Assembly: GCA_976226885.1 (NCBI GenBank)
Contig: OZ320318.1
Coordinates: forward strand, 81,964,001 to 82,028,000
Origin: Iphione sp. A-MEVVRFRX5
Lineage: Eukaryota
Length of the DNA: 64,000 bases
Direction of reading: 5' to 3'
In this document: positions 26,101-40,100 of the stretch, piece by piece
Layout: every line of letters begins with the position of its first letter
How positions within the stretch are numbered: position 1 is the stretch's first letter
Notes under the pieces: generated by a model
The model's input: the letters and a program-made list of their open reading frames with translations, nothing else
The model's database searches: none
What the model was told of the DNA's origin: nothing
Translations under genes and position numbers: made by a program

Positions 26101-27884
26101 ATCACCGTATGAGACTCTTTAAGGACTCAAAACCCCACGCGTCTCGAGTTTTTAGGGGTCAAACATTGCGGAGTAGAAAATCACCGCAGACAGTGAAGAC
26201 AGGCTAATAGGTATCTAGCATAATACTAGTATGGTGCTGTTTGTTAGGCTTATAGTGATTGGATGGGAGCTGCATGATTTCTTCCCAGGGTTGCAATCCT
26301 CCGATGGAGATGGTAGGAAAGGGGGGGCACCGCGCGCAAGAGAAGCTCAAGCGCAGCTGATGACGTCAGCATCTATTTATAGAATCTCCTGCCGATCGAA
26401 AATAATGAAAGAGGAGGCGACGTGGGTTGAAGCGACTTAAATGCGGACTTTTATTAAATCATGTGAAAGCGGAGACAAATTAGGTCAATACCCCTAAAAA
26501 AACACCTGGTGGATCAGTAAGATATCAGATAACGAACGCATAGAGATGATTTTACCGTAAAGCCACTAATAAGATAAACGTCTCCTATCAAAGCCAAGCC
26601 ATCTTGGAAAGGAGCCACATCGTTGATAAACGCTTTAATAACCCTTATAGAGGACTTCTTAGATAAAATACATCGTCTAGGGAAGCCGCTTATCATGTGT
26701 CAAAACAAGATCTAGTATATGGAAGCCACATCTGTAGAAGCCACACCCAGTACAGAGGCATACCATGTATGTATATATGTATATCCATATAAACCATGCC
26801 TTCTGTGAAATCAAATCTTCCCCATCACCTACAACCAGAACAAGAAAAAAAACTGTTTTTTTTAGCAACTTAGCCGCTGTAGACAACCTGTAATACGGAG
26901 AGGTTGAGGCCGGAATCCCCAACAATCCAGATTAAACAGTAGTTACTTTATATGATGGAGATTCAGTTCTTAGCACAGCGTCCTTATATGGACAGCACAG
27001 GAACAAACCATATAAGAGAGAAACAGAACTAGAATGACTTTAATTCACTATACAACAGATAACCCAGTATTAGGACCACCGATGGGACCGAGCAGTTTTG
27101 CCCGCATCTCCGACTTGACCTGCTACCTAAGTCATAACATCCACTTGATGTATGGCTGAGTGGCAAAATGTCATCTGCAGCCAGGAAATATACAAGGCTT
27201 GTAGCTATGGCAGCAATCACGAAATACATATAATCGACTTATCAATAGAGGGCTGGGATATTGTGCGTATTTCACGTCTACTTGATGACTAGACCCACTG
27301 AAACCTATGTACATTCCCTAGTTGCATACAACTTTTGTGATAGGGGAGCCAACAGTCAAGAATAAGTGAAGCTGAATAGTATACAAACGTTAAAGGGAGA
27401 GGTCAGTTGTACAACTGCCAATGAAAGTAATTTTTCTTATTATATTTAGTTTCGGAATAAGGAAAAATGCAATACAATACAGAGCTGAAAATTTATGCCC
27501 AACCCTCCTGGCGATCACTCATTGGAATCCAGCGAGTTTGGACAATCTTTATTCCGGAGAGTTAGAGACCAGAGCTCACCGCCCATCCCGCCCAGCCTCA
27601 CCCCCACTGTCTGCGTTAGTGACACATATAATTCCAGGTACTCATGTTGTCATGGTAATTATATTTGAAAACTATCACCCCCATAACATCCGATCACTTG
27701 GAAAGAGGTTCTCTTGTTCACGCAAGGGTTAATGTGAAAGCAATTGAAGCTTATATAGCATTCCGTGCGGCCTGTCACAGACATGCACATCTGCTCTACC
27801 TAGACATTTCATGTCTGAATAGCATGATATTCATGAATAGATTGTCTGTTAGTCGTGCCCTTATTTGCTAGCATACCTAATGTG

Positions 27885-28700
27885 TATCTGACTACTGAGT
27901 ATTGACACTGGTGAATGAACCATGATGCTGAGAACATCATAATCTACCTGACTACATGAATCCTACAGCTGAGGAGTGATATCTATGTTACTATCGATTC
28001 ATGATACGGGAGATATTGGCCTAACTACTCGATCAGTATGCAGAGAACTTCATATCTACTCACCTACTGTACCATGATGCTGCGAACCTTATATCTACTT
28101 GACTACTGAGCCATGATGCTGATGCTGAGGACTGACATTGACCTGACTACTGGATGAGGATGCAGAGAACCTCATATCTACCTGACTACTGGACCCTGGT
28201 GCTGAGGACTGATATCTGCCTGACTAGATTCATGATGGTGAGGACCAGCATTGGCCTGACTACTGAACAAGGATGCAGAGATATATCTACTCAGCTACTA
28301 AATCATGATATACCTGACTATTGGACTATTGGACGGTAGGTGTCGGATATCTACCTGACTACTAATTATTGACACTAGGGCCGAGATATCTTAACTGGAT
28401 ACTGAACCATGATGCTGGGAACCTCATATCTCCCTGACTACTGAACCATGAAACTGAGGACTGATATCTGCCTGACTAACTGGACCATGGCACTACGTGG
28501 CTGACATCTACCTGCCTACTGACTATTGCTCCTAAGGGCCTGATAGTGAACTGAGTTCTGAACCATGATGCTTGGAATCACATATCTACCTGACTATTTA
28601 AACATGATGCTGAGAACCTGATATCTACCTGACTGCTACACTATGGCGTTGTGGGCCTGACATCTACCTAACGACTGTGCCATGGTACTTCGCACCTGAT
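27885..28700. repeat. Degenerate 38-39-bp minisatellite
   Basis: Repeated ATATCTACCTGACTACTGAACCATGATGCTGAG-like units. Confidence 0.88.
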
Positions 28701-29039
28701 GTCTCACTCTGTATGGCTCGCCGTTACACTTATATCCTGTAAACAACTTAACTTCACCCGTATTGTGTATCTCAAAGACTTGCCTGTTATCCGCACACGC
28801 GCATACCCATACATGTACATACATACACGAATACATACATACATTGTACATACAAACATGTATGCGCACTTACATGCATACACACAGACAAACGCAGCCA
28901 CCGAGTAATTACTCTACACGCTGCGTTTTCATCGAAGGGATCAGGGGCATAAAACCCACACCGTATTGTTAATCCTCTTTAGGCGCCTACCGCTGGGCTC
29001 AGATGAACTCAACGTTGATGCTCTCTCCATCATTGAGGG

Positions 29040-29040
<1 letters not shown>

Positions 29041-29096
<56 letters not shown>
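29041..29096. repeat. (TG)n microsatellite
   Basis: Directly visible. Confidence 0.98.
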
Positions 29097-29098
<2 letters not shown>

Positions 29099-29288
29099 TG
29101 AGTGCGAGTGCGTGCGTGAGTGTGTTTGGAGGTGCGGTAAATGAAGGGGTTGGCGTGACCCTGTCCATATAGAAGGGTGTACAGCCCATACTCTGATAAC
29201 CCGACACACGCCACTTATAGGCACCTTATTGGTCGATAGTATTAACAGCAGTGTTGCATGAACCGTAGTGGTTCTCTCCTCCCCCCCC

Positions 29289-29292
<4 letters not shown>

Positions 29293-29380
<88 letters not shown>
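29293..29380. repeat. (CT)n microsatellite
   Basis: Directly visible. Confidence 0.98.
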
Positions 29381-29382
<2 letters not shown>

Positions 29383-32300
29383 GCTCTCTCCCTCCTGGTT
29401 CGTGTTATGGACTTTTACCTGTCTTTTCCTCCTCTCCCAGTCTCCCCATCCCCCTGTCTTCCCTTTACCCCTCCCTCCCTCTAGGTGGTTGTTTTTGTAT
29501 TTTCACTCCCTTCTTCATCCCCTGCTCACATCCTCCGCTCCCTGTCTGCCTTCCAGTACGTAGGGTGGAGTACGATAGACTCTACTAATAGATTGTTTTT
29601 GTCTACCCTTCCTCATCACTGCTTACAGATCGTACACGTCCCCTTCAGTCATGCAACCTAAGACGACATGGCTGCTGTACCTGTAGTCAGGCTAGCGATT
29701 AACACAGACCTTAACATACAGAATTTCCCATTATACACACCCGTAAGATGACATGATTGTTTCATTACCGTACCCGGCATACAGTTATACAAACACACAT
29801 TCACACAGAAACACTCGTCACGACATGACATGACATGACTTTCATGGTTATCCTGAGGCTTATGATTATATACACACGCACATTCACACTCAGTAAAACA
29901 CACACGAACACACAACCTGTGGATGTCATGCTGGTTAATTATTATACAAATACACATTCACGCAAAAACACACACTCACACAGGACCCAGGGTGACCACT
30001 GTTATATACGTGTTATCAGGTTTACAGCAATTCACAATCATATTTACAAAGAAACGCGTACTTGCAGTAAAACCCATAGTCACATGACTATTACGTGTAT
30101 TAAGGTTTTGTTGTAACTGTTCTTCAAGATCAGTATCGATGTAGGGAAGTTGAGGTTACTAGCAATAGGTGAATAAGTAGACATTACAAAAAATAGGATT
30201 CAATAATATGCGCATGAAATGCAGACCTAGACACAACCGTGGGCTTGCATGACTGGTTTACCTGCTGAGAGGGTTAACAGATTATGACAAGGCAGACCCA
30301 CTGACACACGGAAAGGTGCACTCATTTATAGACAACCTGCGATGACTTTATGATCAGAAAATTGCATAGTGTGTCCGGTGATCTGCTCACACTTGCATCA
30401 AGCCTGAGTTTTAAAAAAAAAAAATCTTAGATAGAAAGCCTTAGATGTGTTTGACTGTCTACCCTTTCCTCACGCACCTATGTTTCTTTAGCATGCACGA
30501 GGGTTCAGGTGTACAGGTAGGCACGCCTGGCGGGTCTTCAATACCGACCGCCGTGCTCCAGAGTTCTGATGAGAGGTGGGCACACCTGTTTTCATACAAG
30601 AAGGAATGTAGGTAGGCAGGGAGACAGGCAGGCATACAGGTAAGGGGACAGCTAGGCAAGCAGGCAGACAGGCAGGCAGGTAGATATACAGGTAGGTAGA
30701 TATGCAGGCAGGCAGGCAGGGAGGCATAAAGGCACACAGACAGATAAGCAGGTAAGAAGGTAAGCAGGTAAGCAGGTTGGCAGGCAGGCAGACTGAAGAA
30801 CAGTTAAGACACAGAGGGTGGGCCATAACAGTGGAAGATTTATGATGGGACGGTAACACACAAATACACACTGATGTATATGTACAGTGTAAAGTCATCT
30901 CAGGGACACATCACCAATAGAGACATACCAAGGCACATCTTAGGAAGGAACATAATCTATTTACTGTATATAAAAAGTCTCTAATAGGAACACATCTCAT
31001 TTAGGGACAGTGTGAAAAGGAACCAATTATGTCCTGATTGGAGTCTGTCTCCTGTATTTCGATTTTAATGTAAAATCCCTGGATTGATTGTTTTATATTG
31101 ATGTATTTAAAGAAACAACTATTCCATGTATATATACGACCGTCAAAGGAAAACACAGGCAATCTGCTGTATACCATGCGTAGTGCCAACTGCTTGTGGT
31201 ACAGTATAATGGTGGTTTCCTGAGAGTTATTCAAAGCACATTTCAGCTTAACAAGTGTAGTGTTAAATTCATAACTGCCTCATTTGTAGGTCATACAAGG
31301 TTGCCTGAAGGTCAGTCAGAATGAGCAATTTGTACTGTAATATAACGAAGATAGTGAAATAGGCAAAACGGGAGGACAGGCAGAGAAAGAGAGATAGAGA
31401 GCTAGAAGGAAATGGTAGAGGGAACTTAAAGGGAACAGAGTCAGATAGGAAAGAAAGTAGGGGCAGATGAACAGGGCAGGAGGATTGAAAAGGGAAGAAT
31501 GAGATAGAAAAGTTAGAGTCAGAGGAGGCAGGCAAAAGGATGGAAAAGTGAAGAATGAGATAGGGAAGAAGGGACAGAAAAGAAGGAAGAGACAGGTAAT
31601 AGGTAAAAAACTATAGGTGGGGAAGAGGAGGGTGAGATCAGGATTGAATAGAACGGGGACAGGAAGTACAGAGAAAGGATAGTGACCAGAGGGAGTAGAC
31701 AGGGAAAGGCAATACAGAGACAAGGCGGACAAAGAGAGAGAAATAAAGAAACAGAGGTTCAGAAAAATAGAGGTAGAAACAGAGTAAAGAAAATAGGGAT
31801 ATGAATAGCGAAAAGCAGAGAAGGTAATGGGAGATACAAACAGAGATACGGTGAGACAGGAAAAGCAGTCCAAATAGCCAGGTTTTTACCTCGTGTGTAG
31901 CTATGACAACCCTCCCTCCCGGTCCAGATATCCCCCCACTGAGACCCTCGTTTATTGCATAACTTGACAAAGGACTCTCAAGGGCCCTCTCCCAGTTTTA
32001 GAGACAAAATCCATAGGAGGAAAAAAATGCAAATGCACCAGCAGCTGAGTAGGACATCATAACCACAAAAATAACTTTCCGGGGCCTTCAGTGTACACTG
32101 CGGGGCTTACAGTTAAATAAAGCAGTGATTCTGCCACATACATGTCAGCATGTCAATTTACATGCATCTATTGCATTTTGTAGAGGATATAAATCTACAC
32201 AGCTTTACCTAACCTGATTTAGTTTGGATAGGACCATATATTGATAATGCTAAGCTTTATCTGGATTCCATCCTTTTTCCGATTGATGTATCTCTGTTAT

Positions 32301-33648
32301 GTCTGCAAGTTTTATATCTACAAGTCAAATGCACAGTTATCTGTACACAGTGTGCAAATCTATCCTTTTACACAGCTCGGGGCTAAACCCATTAATATAT
32401 ACTTATAAAGTGTGTGAGTAAAAAATGCACAGTCATTTGTGATGGATTTCAACCCATACAAGCACACAGTAAACTGTGTACAGGGAACACAAAGAGATTT
32501 GAGCACCTCTGAGACACAGCCTTTTATATCGCAGTCTATTGCTTGCATGCAGGCGGGCGCATGCGTACACGTCTTTAGGTGTTTATATATATCCTAGTGT
32601 GATAGGTGACCTTAGCGATCAGCGGGAATCATGAAAAATGCCTTCGTGTCTGTCTCTGCCTGCCTTTCTCCACGTCTTCTTTTCTGTTTTTTTTTTCTGA
32701 CAAATTTGCGTCAACCTGTAAAACACAGACACGTATGGTTGAACATATTCGCCCAATGTTGCGACTTGAAAGATTGACTGCACTCGTGGCCATAACACAC
32801 CTCTATCTATTTCTATGTTTTTCCTCTCGCTCATTAAAAGAGAAAATGTAGAGACACGAGTAAATGAAAGGGGCAAAATTGAGATATTTANNNNNNNNNN
32901 NNNNNNNNNNNNNNNNNNNNNNNNNNNNNNNNNNNNNNNNNNNNNNNNNNNNNNNNNNNNNNNNNNNNNNNNNNNNNNNNNNNNNNNNNNNNNNNNNNNN
33001 NNNNNNNNNNNNNNNNNNNAAGCAGAAGACAAACAGATAGATAGATAGACAGATAGATGACCGGCAGTCCTAGTAGCACCACCTCCCCTATACTCTTCAT
33101 GTATTGTGTAGGTATTGTAGGATGACTTTCACTGGCCAGGTGTGTTAGACTTGTACCGGGGAACGCGCCTTCTACTCCGGCAAAGTCCTTATAGTCGGCG
33201 TCGGAGAGACGCTCCGTCCACACCCTCTCGTTACTGGCATCTGCTGGCAGCACGCGACGCGTGCACTGCACGCGTGCGTGCGTTCCCCGTGCGGCTGCCG
33301 CGTCTGGCGCGCAGCCACTGCCCCCTGGTGGTTGGGAGGGAGGTAGGTGGGGGGAGGGTGGGTGTGCTGGGCGGGGGCACCGTGGGGGAGATAGGGAGGC
33401 TTAGCTGGAGAAACTAGGTGGTTTCCATGGCAACTGAAGCTGTGCGTCTCCAGTCGTGTACTGTTGCAGATGGAGAGAAAGATTATTAGCGGAGAGGGCA
33501 GGTGGAGTGTGTAAGAATGTTAGACTGACAGAGGAAGACAGGAACAGAGGGAGGTAGAGGGCGCTGGGAGAAGGAGGGAGAAGTACGGGTCGGGAGATGA
33601 GGCTTATGGTTATAGGTAGACGAGGACAGATGGGAAGCCAGGGAGTGT

Positions 33649-33650
<2 letters not shown>

Positions 33651-33713
<63 letters not shown>
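33651..33713. repeat. (GA)n microsatellite
   Basis: Directly visible. Confidence 0.97.
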
Positions 33714-33719
<6 letters not shown>

Positions 33720-33833
33720 GGAGAGGGAAAGTGAAAGGATGGATAGGGAGAGGGGGCAAGGAAAAAGTGAGAAGGGGGATGGACAGGGGACTCAAAGCTT
33801 GTCAAGAAAAAAAACGGCATACAAACAAGCATA

Positions 33834-33882
<49 letters not shown>

Positions 33883-34003
33883 GGAGAGGGAAAGTGAAAG
33901 GATGGATAGGGAGAGGGGGCAAGGAAAAAGTGAGAAGGGGGATGGACAGGGGACTCAAAGCTTGTCAAGAAAAAAAACGGCATACAAACAAGCATAAGGA
34001 TAG
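33714..34003. repeat. Identical 127-bp tandem duplicate, each copy preceded by (GA)n
   Basis: 33714-33840 and 33877-34003 read identically by eye. Confidence 0.9.
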
Positions 34004-34686
34004 ACAAAGAGTGAAAAGCAGAGAAAGACGCATAGACAGATACAGAGAAAGAAAAAAGAACTTACAGAAAAGAAAACGTTAAGAGGGTAAAGAAAATTTA
34101 TACGAATTTGGAGGCAGCAGAGGGAGAGGTGACAACAAAGGATACCCGATAAAAAGCTAACAATAGATAAACAATAAACCCATTGTTATAAGAGTTCATG
34201 TCGAGATAATATAATGAGAAGGTATCAAAATAGTAATGATGCAGCAGAGTCTACTTTTTTGTTGTCATGAGAATAACAAGAGGATAATGAAGTGAATTGA
34301 TCATTCTATCTCGATTGTAATGACGTTTTCAGCAGGGAATTATTATTTATTGAATGTCTCTTTTTATAACCGATTCAACGTGGTTAGTAGAAGGTTCCAG
34401 ATAACAAATATAATGTAATACTCAACTGAATCTATTGAAAATCTATGAATAACTTTTTTTTACGATCGTACGATCTAGCCACGTCTATATCGAAAATCTA
34501 TGAATAACATGTGTCTAGCTGAACATCACTCGGCAATAGCCATCATGCTCCAGTAAAGAGCACTCATGAAATAACAGAAAGCTGGTTGAAAAGATCAGCC
34601 CTCAGAATAATACTACTATAATGTATATAGATAGGTACTGTGGGAGGTACCTTTTTAAATATGTCGAGCTGTGTGTGGACCTGTTA

Positions 34687-35034
34687 GGCCCCCCAAAAAT
34701 AGTAGGTGTGTTTCTGGTAACCGACCCCTACCTAGTAAAACCTCACCCTACCTAACAATTTTTTGGACCCAAAGAGATTCCAAGGCTGAATTTCCTTAGA
34801 TACGTGTTTTCATGGCACATATTTTTAGTAAATTAGTAGAAAAACAACAAAATCCATGGAAACTCACTAAAAAACAGTAAAATTCATACAGTATGTCAAC
34901 ATTCTTCTTATTGTCTTAATTATTATTGAAATCCAAAGAAAGAAAATGGGAAAAAAATTTAGAAAAAAAAAGATATCCCCCCTACCTAGGTTTTTGGCTG
35001 GTCATAACCAGAAACATACCTATTTTTTTGGGCC
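34687..35034. mobile_element. Second MITE of a related PIF/Harbinger-type family
   Basis: TIRs GGCCCCCCAAAAATAGTAGGTGTGTTTCTGGTAACC / GGTCATAACCAGAAACATACCTATTTTTTTGGGCC; TTA on both flanks; length similar to the 21271 copy (348 vs 340 bp). Confidence 0.8.
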
Positions 35035-36420
35035 TTATGTAACGTCAATACTTGTGTAGCTTTTANNNNNNNNNNNNNNNNNNNNNNNNNNNNNNNNNNN
35101 NNNNNNNNNNNNNNNNNNNNNNNNNNNNNNNNNNNNNNNNNNNNNNNNNNNNNNNNNNNNNNNNNNNNNNNNNNNNNNNNNNNNNNNNNNNNNNNNNNNN
35201 NNNNNNNNNNNNNNNNNNNNNNNNNNNNNNNNNNNNNNNNNNNNNNTGAGTAGTAGATAGTAGTCTAGGGAAACTGGCCCTTGAGACAGCCTTGAAGAGA
35301 GATCCCTTTCATTGTTTTGAGGTAGGATTTCCTTGGTGTTTCTCTTCATCTCTGGTAGGACATACACACATACTCTGGGCAAAATACTAATATATCATAA
35401 GTTAATTATTGATAGACCTAGAGTAAGGCCTTTAAAGCCTTTTTGTCTAGGAGTCTTTGAAACTTTTCCGAGGCTCCTGAAAACTCTCCCGTAATTCGGC
35501 CATTTTATGAGTTACCATCGTCAGTCCCATAAGTCAGGAGTGAAGCCTACGGTCAAATCCGGCCTTTCTTTCATACATGCCGCGCCTACCCAAGATACGG
35601 ATCATAAGTATACACTACAATCAGTTTGTTCCTAAAAATACCTCTGGTATTTCTTGTGCTATAGGTTATAGACGGTCTTTGTACTCGTACCTACACAGGG
35701 TGGTCCTTGGGTGTCCTTGTGATGTCCCTCTCACCTTCAGTTTTAAGGGACCCAAGACGGTATGAATCATAGTGCACTCTCCACCAATGCGACCACCATT
35801 CATCTTGTCTCAAACTTGTCCCAAGCATTTGGGACGCGGTCATGTTTGCAAATCGATTATCAGTACCAAACACCCATGCACCTTCCAGTAAGTACACCGT
35901 TAGCTATGCTATATATAAGGCATTGATGTTATAGGTTAAATAAGAATGAATATGAATGAAGAAAACTGGAGATTAAGTGAATGGGTGGGTTTTATTGCAG
36001 TGCATATGTTCATCAATGGACAAGAATTATTCAGAGATATCTCTTATCTCTCTTCCTTCCTACAAAGCATTTATCGTCTTCCTTCTTTCCTTCCTGCCTC
36101 CCTTCATTCCTTCCTTCCTTCCTTCCCTCCCCATCTTTCCACCTTTCCCTGTCCCTCCCCTTTCCCTGTCCCTCCCCTCTCCCTGTCCCTCCCCTTTCAC
36201 TGTCCCTCCCTCCCTCCCCTTTCTCTGTCCCTCCCTCCCAGTCCTGCCCTCCCTCCTTCCTATCTTCCTAGCACAGATTTCGTTAAATCGATCTCAAAGG
36301 ATCACCTAAACAAAGTTCTCCCTCTCCATAGAATTAAGGATGACTTAATTCCGAGATAATCCAGTTGTTATGTAAGCCCTCGTGCAATAAGATTCTTTTT
36401 ACTTACATTATTGCCCAGTG

Positions 36421-37132
36421 TGTAACAATGGCGTGCAAAAGCACCGTAGTATTCGCTTAGCACTGTTATTATGTAATCTTTTTGTGGCGTTTTAGCTCAG
36501 ACAAGCCGTATCCATATAGATTGGGATTACGTTGGAAGTCACACGATCCCTTTGATTGTGATGGCCCAATGAGATTGTTTGTTACACTCGCCTAGGGTAT
36601 GGAAAGAAGCACATGCGTGTAGCCAATGGGATTAGCTGTAACGAACCAGTCACGCGTAAGGGTGTAGCTTCATTGCTTGTCAAGACGGGTATTGTTAGAT
36701 AATGGCAAACTTGCTAGTTGAATAGTTAGATAAAGTGGTGCTTTTTAATAGCAGAATGAGTATTCGATAAAGGAGTCTTGTCAGTTAGACGGTGAGGAGT
36801 AGACACATAAGTTCAGTTAAGTAGATTGTAGGTATTAGATAACAGTTAGACAGTAACTATTAAGAGGAAGAAGGCAGTTAGTAACATGTCAGAGTATTAG
36901 AAGGAAGACACCAATGAGACAACTAGTGTTAGATAAAGAAGACCTGTAAGAAATTGTAAGACAGCTAGTGCTAGATAAAGAAGTCATTTGGATATGGATG
37001 TTTATAGAAAGAGGGTATTACAAGTCCGTAGCATTTGAAATAGAACAGAGCATAGCCACGTCAAATTCCATAAAGAGTGTATTAGCTACGTACTAGTATA
37101 GAAGGATTCCCACTATATGAACCATGGTTACA
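36421..37132. mobile_element. LTR-like segment (possible degraded solo LTR)
   Basis: TGTAAC...GTTACA inverted termini 712 bp apart with LTR-like composition, but no TSD found. Confidence 0.35.
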
Positions 37133-40100
37133 CTACCTATATAAAACGTTGCCTGAAAGTAGTACGGCCATGGAGAGGAGGTCTCATGGCAGTGTGATGT
37201 TAGAGAGAGACATTACTTTTTCATTAATGTACATATTAGGGTATTATATTAACAATGATGCTCACTGAAACATATTCTGTGTGAAATGAGATGATCATTG
37301 AAATTATATGCCACATGTGGCACTACTTTTCTAGAGCTGAGTAAGGATATCCCTTTGTTACCCTCCCCTTTCCTGTGTATTCCTACACCTCTGTAAGTGC
37401 AGTCAAGCATAAACGAGGATTGTAAAATCAGTGTGTACTTTGACCCCTTCCCCCACCACCACCAGCCAGAAAGAGAGGGGGAGGGGGGGGGGTAGTGCTG
37501 AAGGCGCTTGTTTAATGTAAAGGTTTTCCTCCAGCTGTATGGACTATCCCTACCACTCCTTGAAATCCTAATCTGACGTCACAGATCAGTGAAGCAAGTC
37601 ATAACTTAACCATTAATCTCACTTCTGAATAATCTTCAATGTTTCCCCACCCATGTACATGTAATATGAAAGATGGGGAGGGGGGCGCTAGAAATACAAC
37701 TGAATCTCGAGTCTTCTGACCGGGCCTCACCTTAAAGTATTGGTGAGGGAACCTGGACTATAACAGAACTAAACAAAGCCAAAAGCATGTAATACATGGC
37801 ATATATACAGGGGCTAAGAACGCATGTCACAGGACGTAAATCACTCCTCTAGTGATGTAAACGTCGGAAGCGTGCGAATAAAGAGCAAGAGTGACAATAT
37901 ACAGAAACAAATGTGCACGTAATGAGGGGAACATGCCGCCATGTAAGAATCCCCTATAGAGGTGTACATGTATATAATGGGAGGAATGTATATGAGGAGA
38001 GACGGGGAGATAGTCGGGGGAGAAAATTACAAAACAAAAAGATGATGAAAGAAAACGTATAAAAGGAAACTTAACGTATATGTATGCATTATTGACCGTT
38101 GGCTGTACCCGCCTCTAAATTATTACTCTAAAGGCAGAGTGCCAATTACGATCCTTGGAGGCTGTGTTGGACAATTTACTCATCACTGAGGTGTCAAGTC
38201 ACCATGTTGCAACGATACCTTTTACTAAGAACCTGACATCTTAGTAGGCTTTCCTCCAATCAAACTGTATCAATTCCCGACATAGCCACAAAGCCACACA
38301 AGAAATACTATTGGAACATAGGCCTACTGTTTTTCACAACTGGGCGAAGAGACAATTTTGTGAAAACGCAGCAAATAAACTGTGAGTAGATGTTATTTCT
38401 GATGATGCAAGGACATGATAAGACGTACTTTAACAGAAACAATCTGACCAAGAAACATAGGCATTTTTTCTTGAAAGATAAATATTGTAGAATTAGAATT
38501 AAATTCAGTGTTAGGTTTAGATTTGGGTTTAGGATTAAGGTTGTTATGAACAGATTCGGCAAGCGTCTTTTCTTGAATCATTTTTAGAACCCCTCTTTTA
38601 AGTCTACCTCTATCCATTGTGCTCTCATTTTTTTTGCTACTTCTTCTCCTCTCTCGCTTCGGTCCGGTGTCCATTCGGACTTTTTATACTTCCTCACCTG
38701 CTCCCTTGTCCATTCTAACACTTTAATGTAATTTGTATTCTGCTCGAGGCATCTTTTCAAAGACCGATGGATTGCAATAAGATTATTTGTCGGGGCTGTA
38801 GAGACTCTGCACAAAAAAAACGGCGGAAAATACCACAAAGAAGTGAGTTTCTTCATCAATTATCGCTCACTGGTTTTGGATCGCGTTCAGCGGAAGTTGA
38901 TCGATGATTCGGACGTGATTACAGTGTTTGCCGCCGGGGGATTCATTAACGGGTAGCGCGGAGTTCTCTTTCACCAGGATAATATGTGGGATTGTCCCCC
39001 TAACGAGTGTAAATTAGCGATGGAATTACTGCCGAAGAATGTTGAATATTTGAAAGAGGGCGGCGGCAGAACAGCGGTAAGAGGGGTGGGGGTGGAGAGG
39101 GAGGGATTTATGAAAAGAGGAGGGTGGCCAGGGAGAGAGGAAGAGGGGGGATAGGGGGGCACAGACAGAGAGATACAAACAGACGCAGAGAAGGTGAAAC
39201 GGACAGATAGGCAGGAGNNNNNNNNNNNNNNNNNNNNNNNNNNNNNNNNNNNNNNNNNNNNNNNNNNNNNNNNNNNNNNNNNNNNNNNNNNNNNNNNNNN
39301 NNNNNNNNNNNNNNNNNNNNNNNNNNNNNNNNNNNNNNNNNNNNNNNNNNNNNNNNNNNNNAAAAGTTAAGCAAAAGAAAGGTACGATGAGATAAGCACA
39401 TGACTGAAGACACACACGTATAGACATTTTAAAGGTAGACCTACATGCAGCTATTAAACTTATTTAAACAACTCGTTATATAGAAGATAACGATGAACTT
39501 GGCTGAGACAGAGAAGGACAAGTTTAAAGATGACTACATAGACCTACTTGAAGATACTCTTTAAATATGGAGGAGCCACCTCTTATCCCGCGCCTCTTGG
39601 CCTATATGACCCCCGGAGAAGATTTCCCATGATTCCTTTCTGCTCGCTCTCCACATCATTCTTTGAAGTCGCCTCCCATCGACGAGAGAATTACTCTCAA
39701 GATTCGGGTGACGCCGAGGACCTGATCGCTACGTCCGGGAAGGCTCACTTGATCAAATAGCTTATAGAGACTGCACGTGCGCACACCTCACCTCATCTAG
39801 TAAGGGTTAAACCGTGGTTATCTGTCAGCCTTGTTTTTGAAGGCGTTCCTGGCTTCGAGAAGTCGTTGCGTGATACATTGTATTTTATAGGTATAGCTAT
39901 CGGTAAAGGCCGAAGGAGATCAAATACATGTATGATGTATCTTCTCTGACAAATTGAAGGAGCTTCGAGTTTTTAAAGGAAAGCTTGGCGCGATTTCGCA
40001 AAGGGTGATAAGGCTTGAACTTACGACTGATACCCATCTGTGCTTTTAAACCCCTGGATGTTGAGAATTCATTAAATTCTGATATCTCTGAGGGATCAAT

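Noticed and set aside
26887-26920. Alu-like string CCTGTAATACGGAGAGGTTGAGGCCGG
   Set aside because: Short chance resemblance; no other Alu features and not a primate-like sequence.
33090-33330. Minus-strand frame ...ERVWTERLSDADYKDFAGVEGAFPG as a possible exon
   Set aside because: No recognisable homology and weak splice signals; openness explained by high GC.
35747-35892. Possible plus-strand exon ending in GTAAGT
   Set aside because: All frames from the best acceptor contain stops; the alternative frame has no recognisable product.
38488-38544. TTAGG-like hexamers read as interstitial telomere
   Set aside because: Too short and degenerate.
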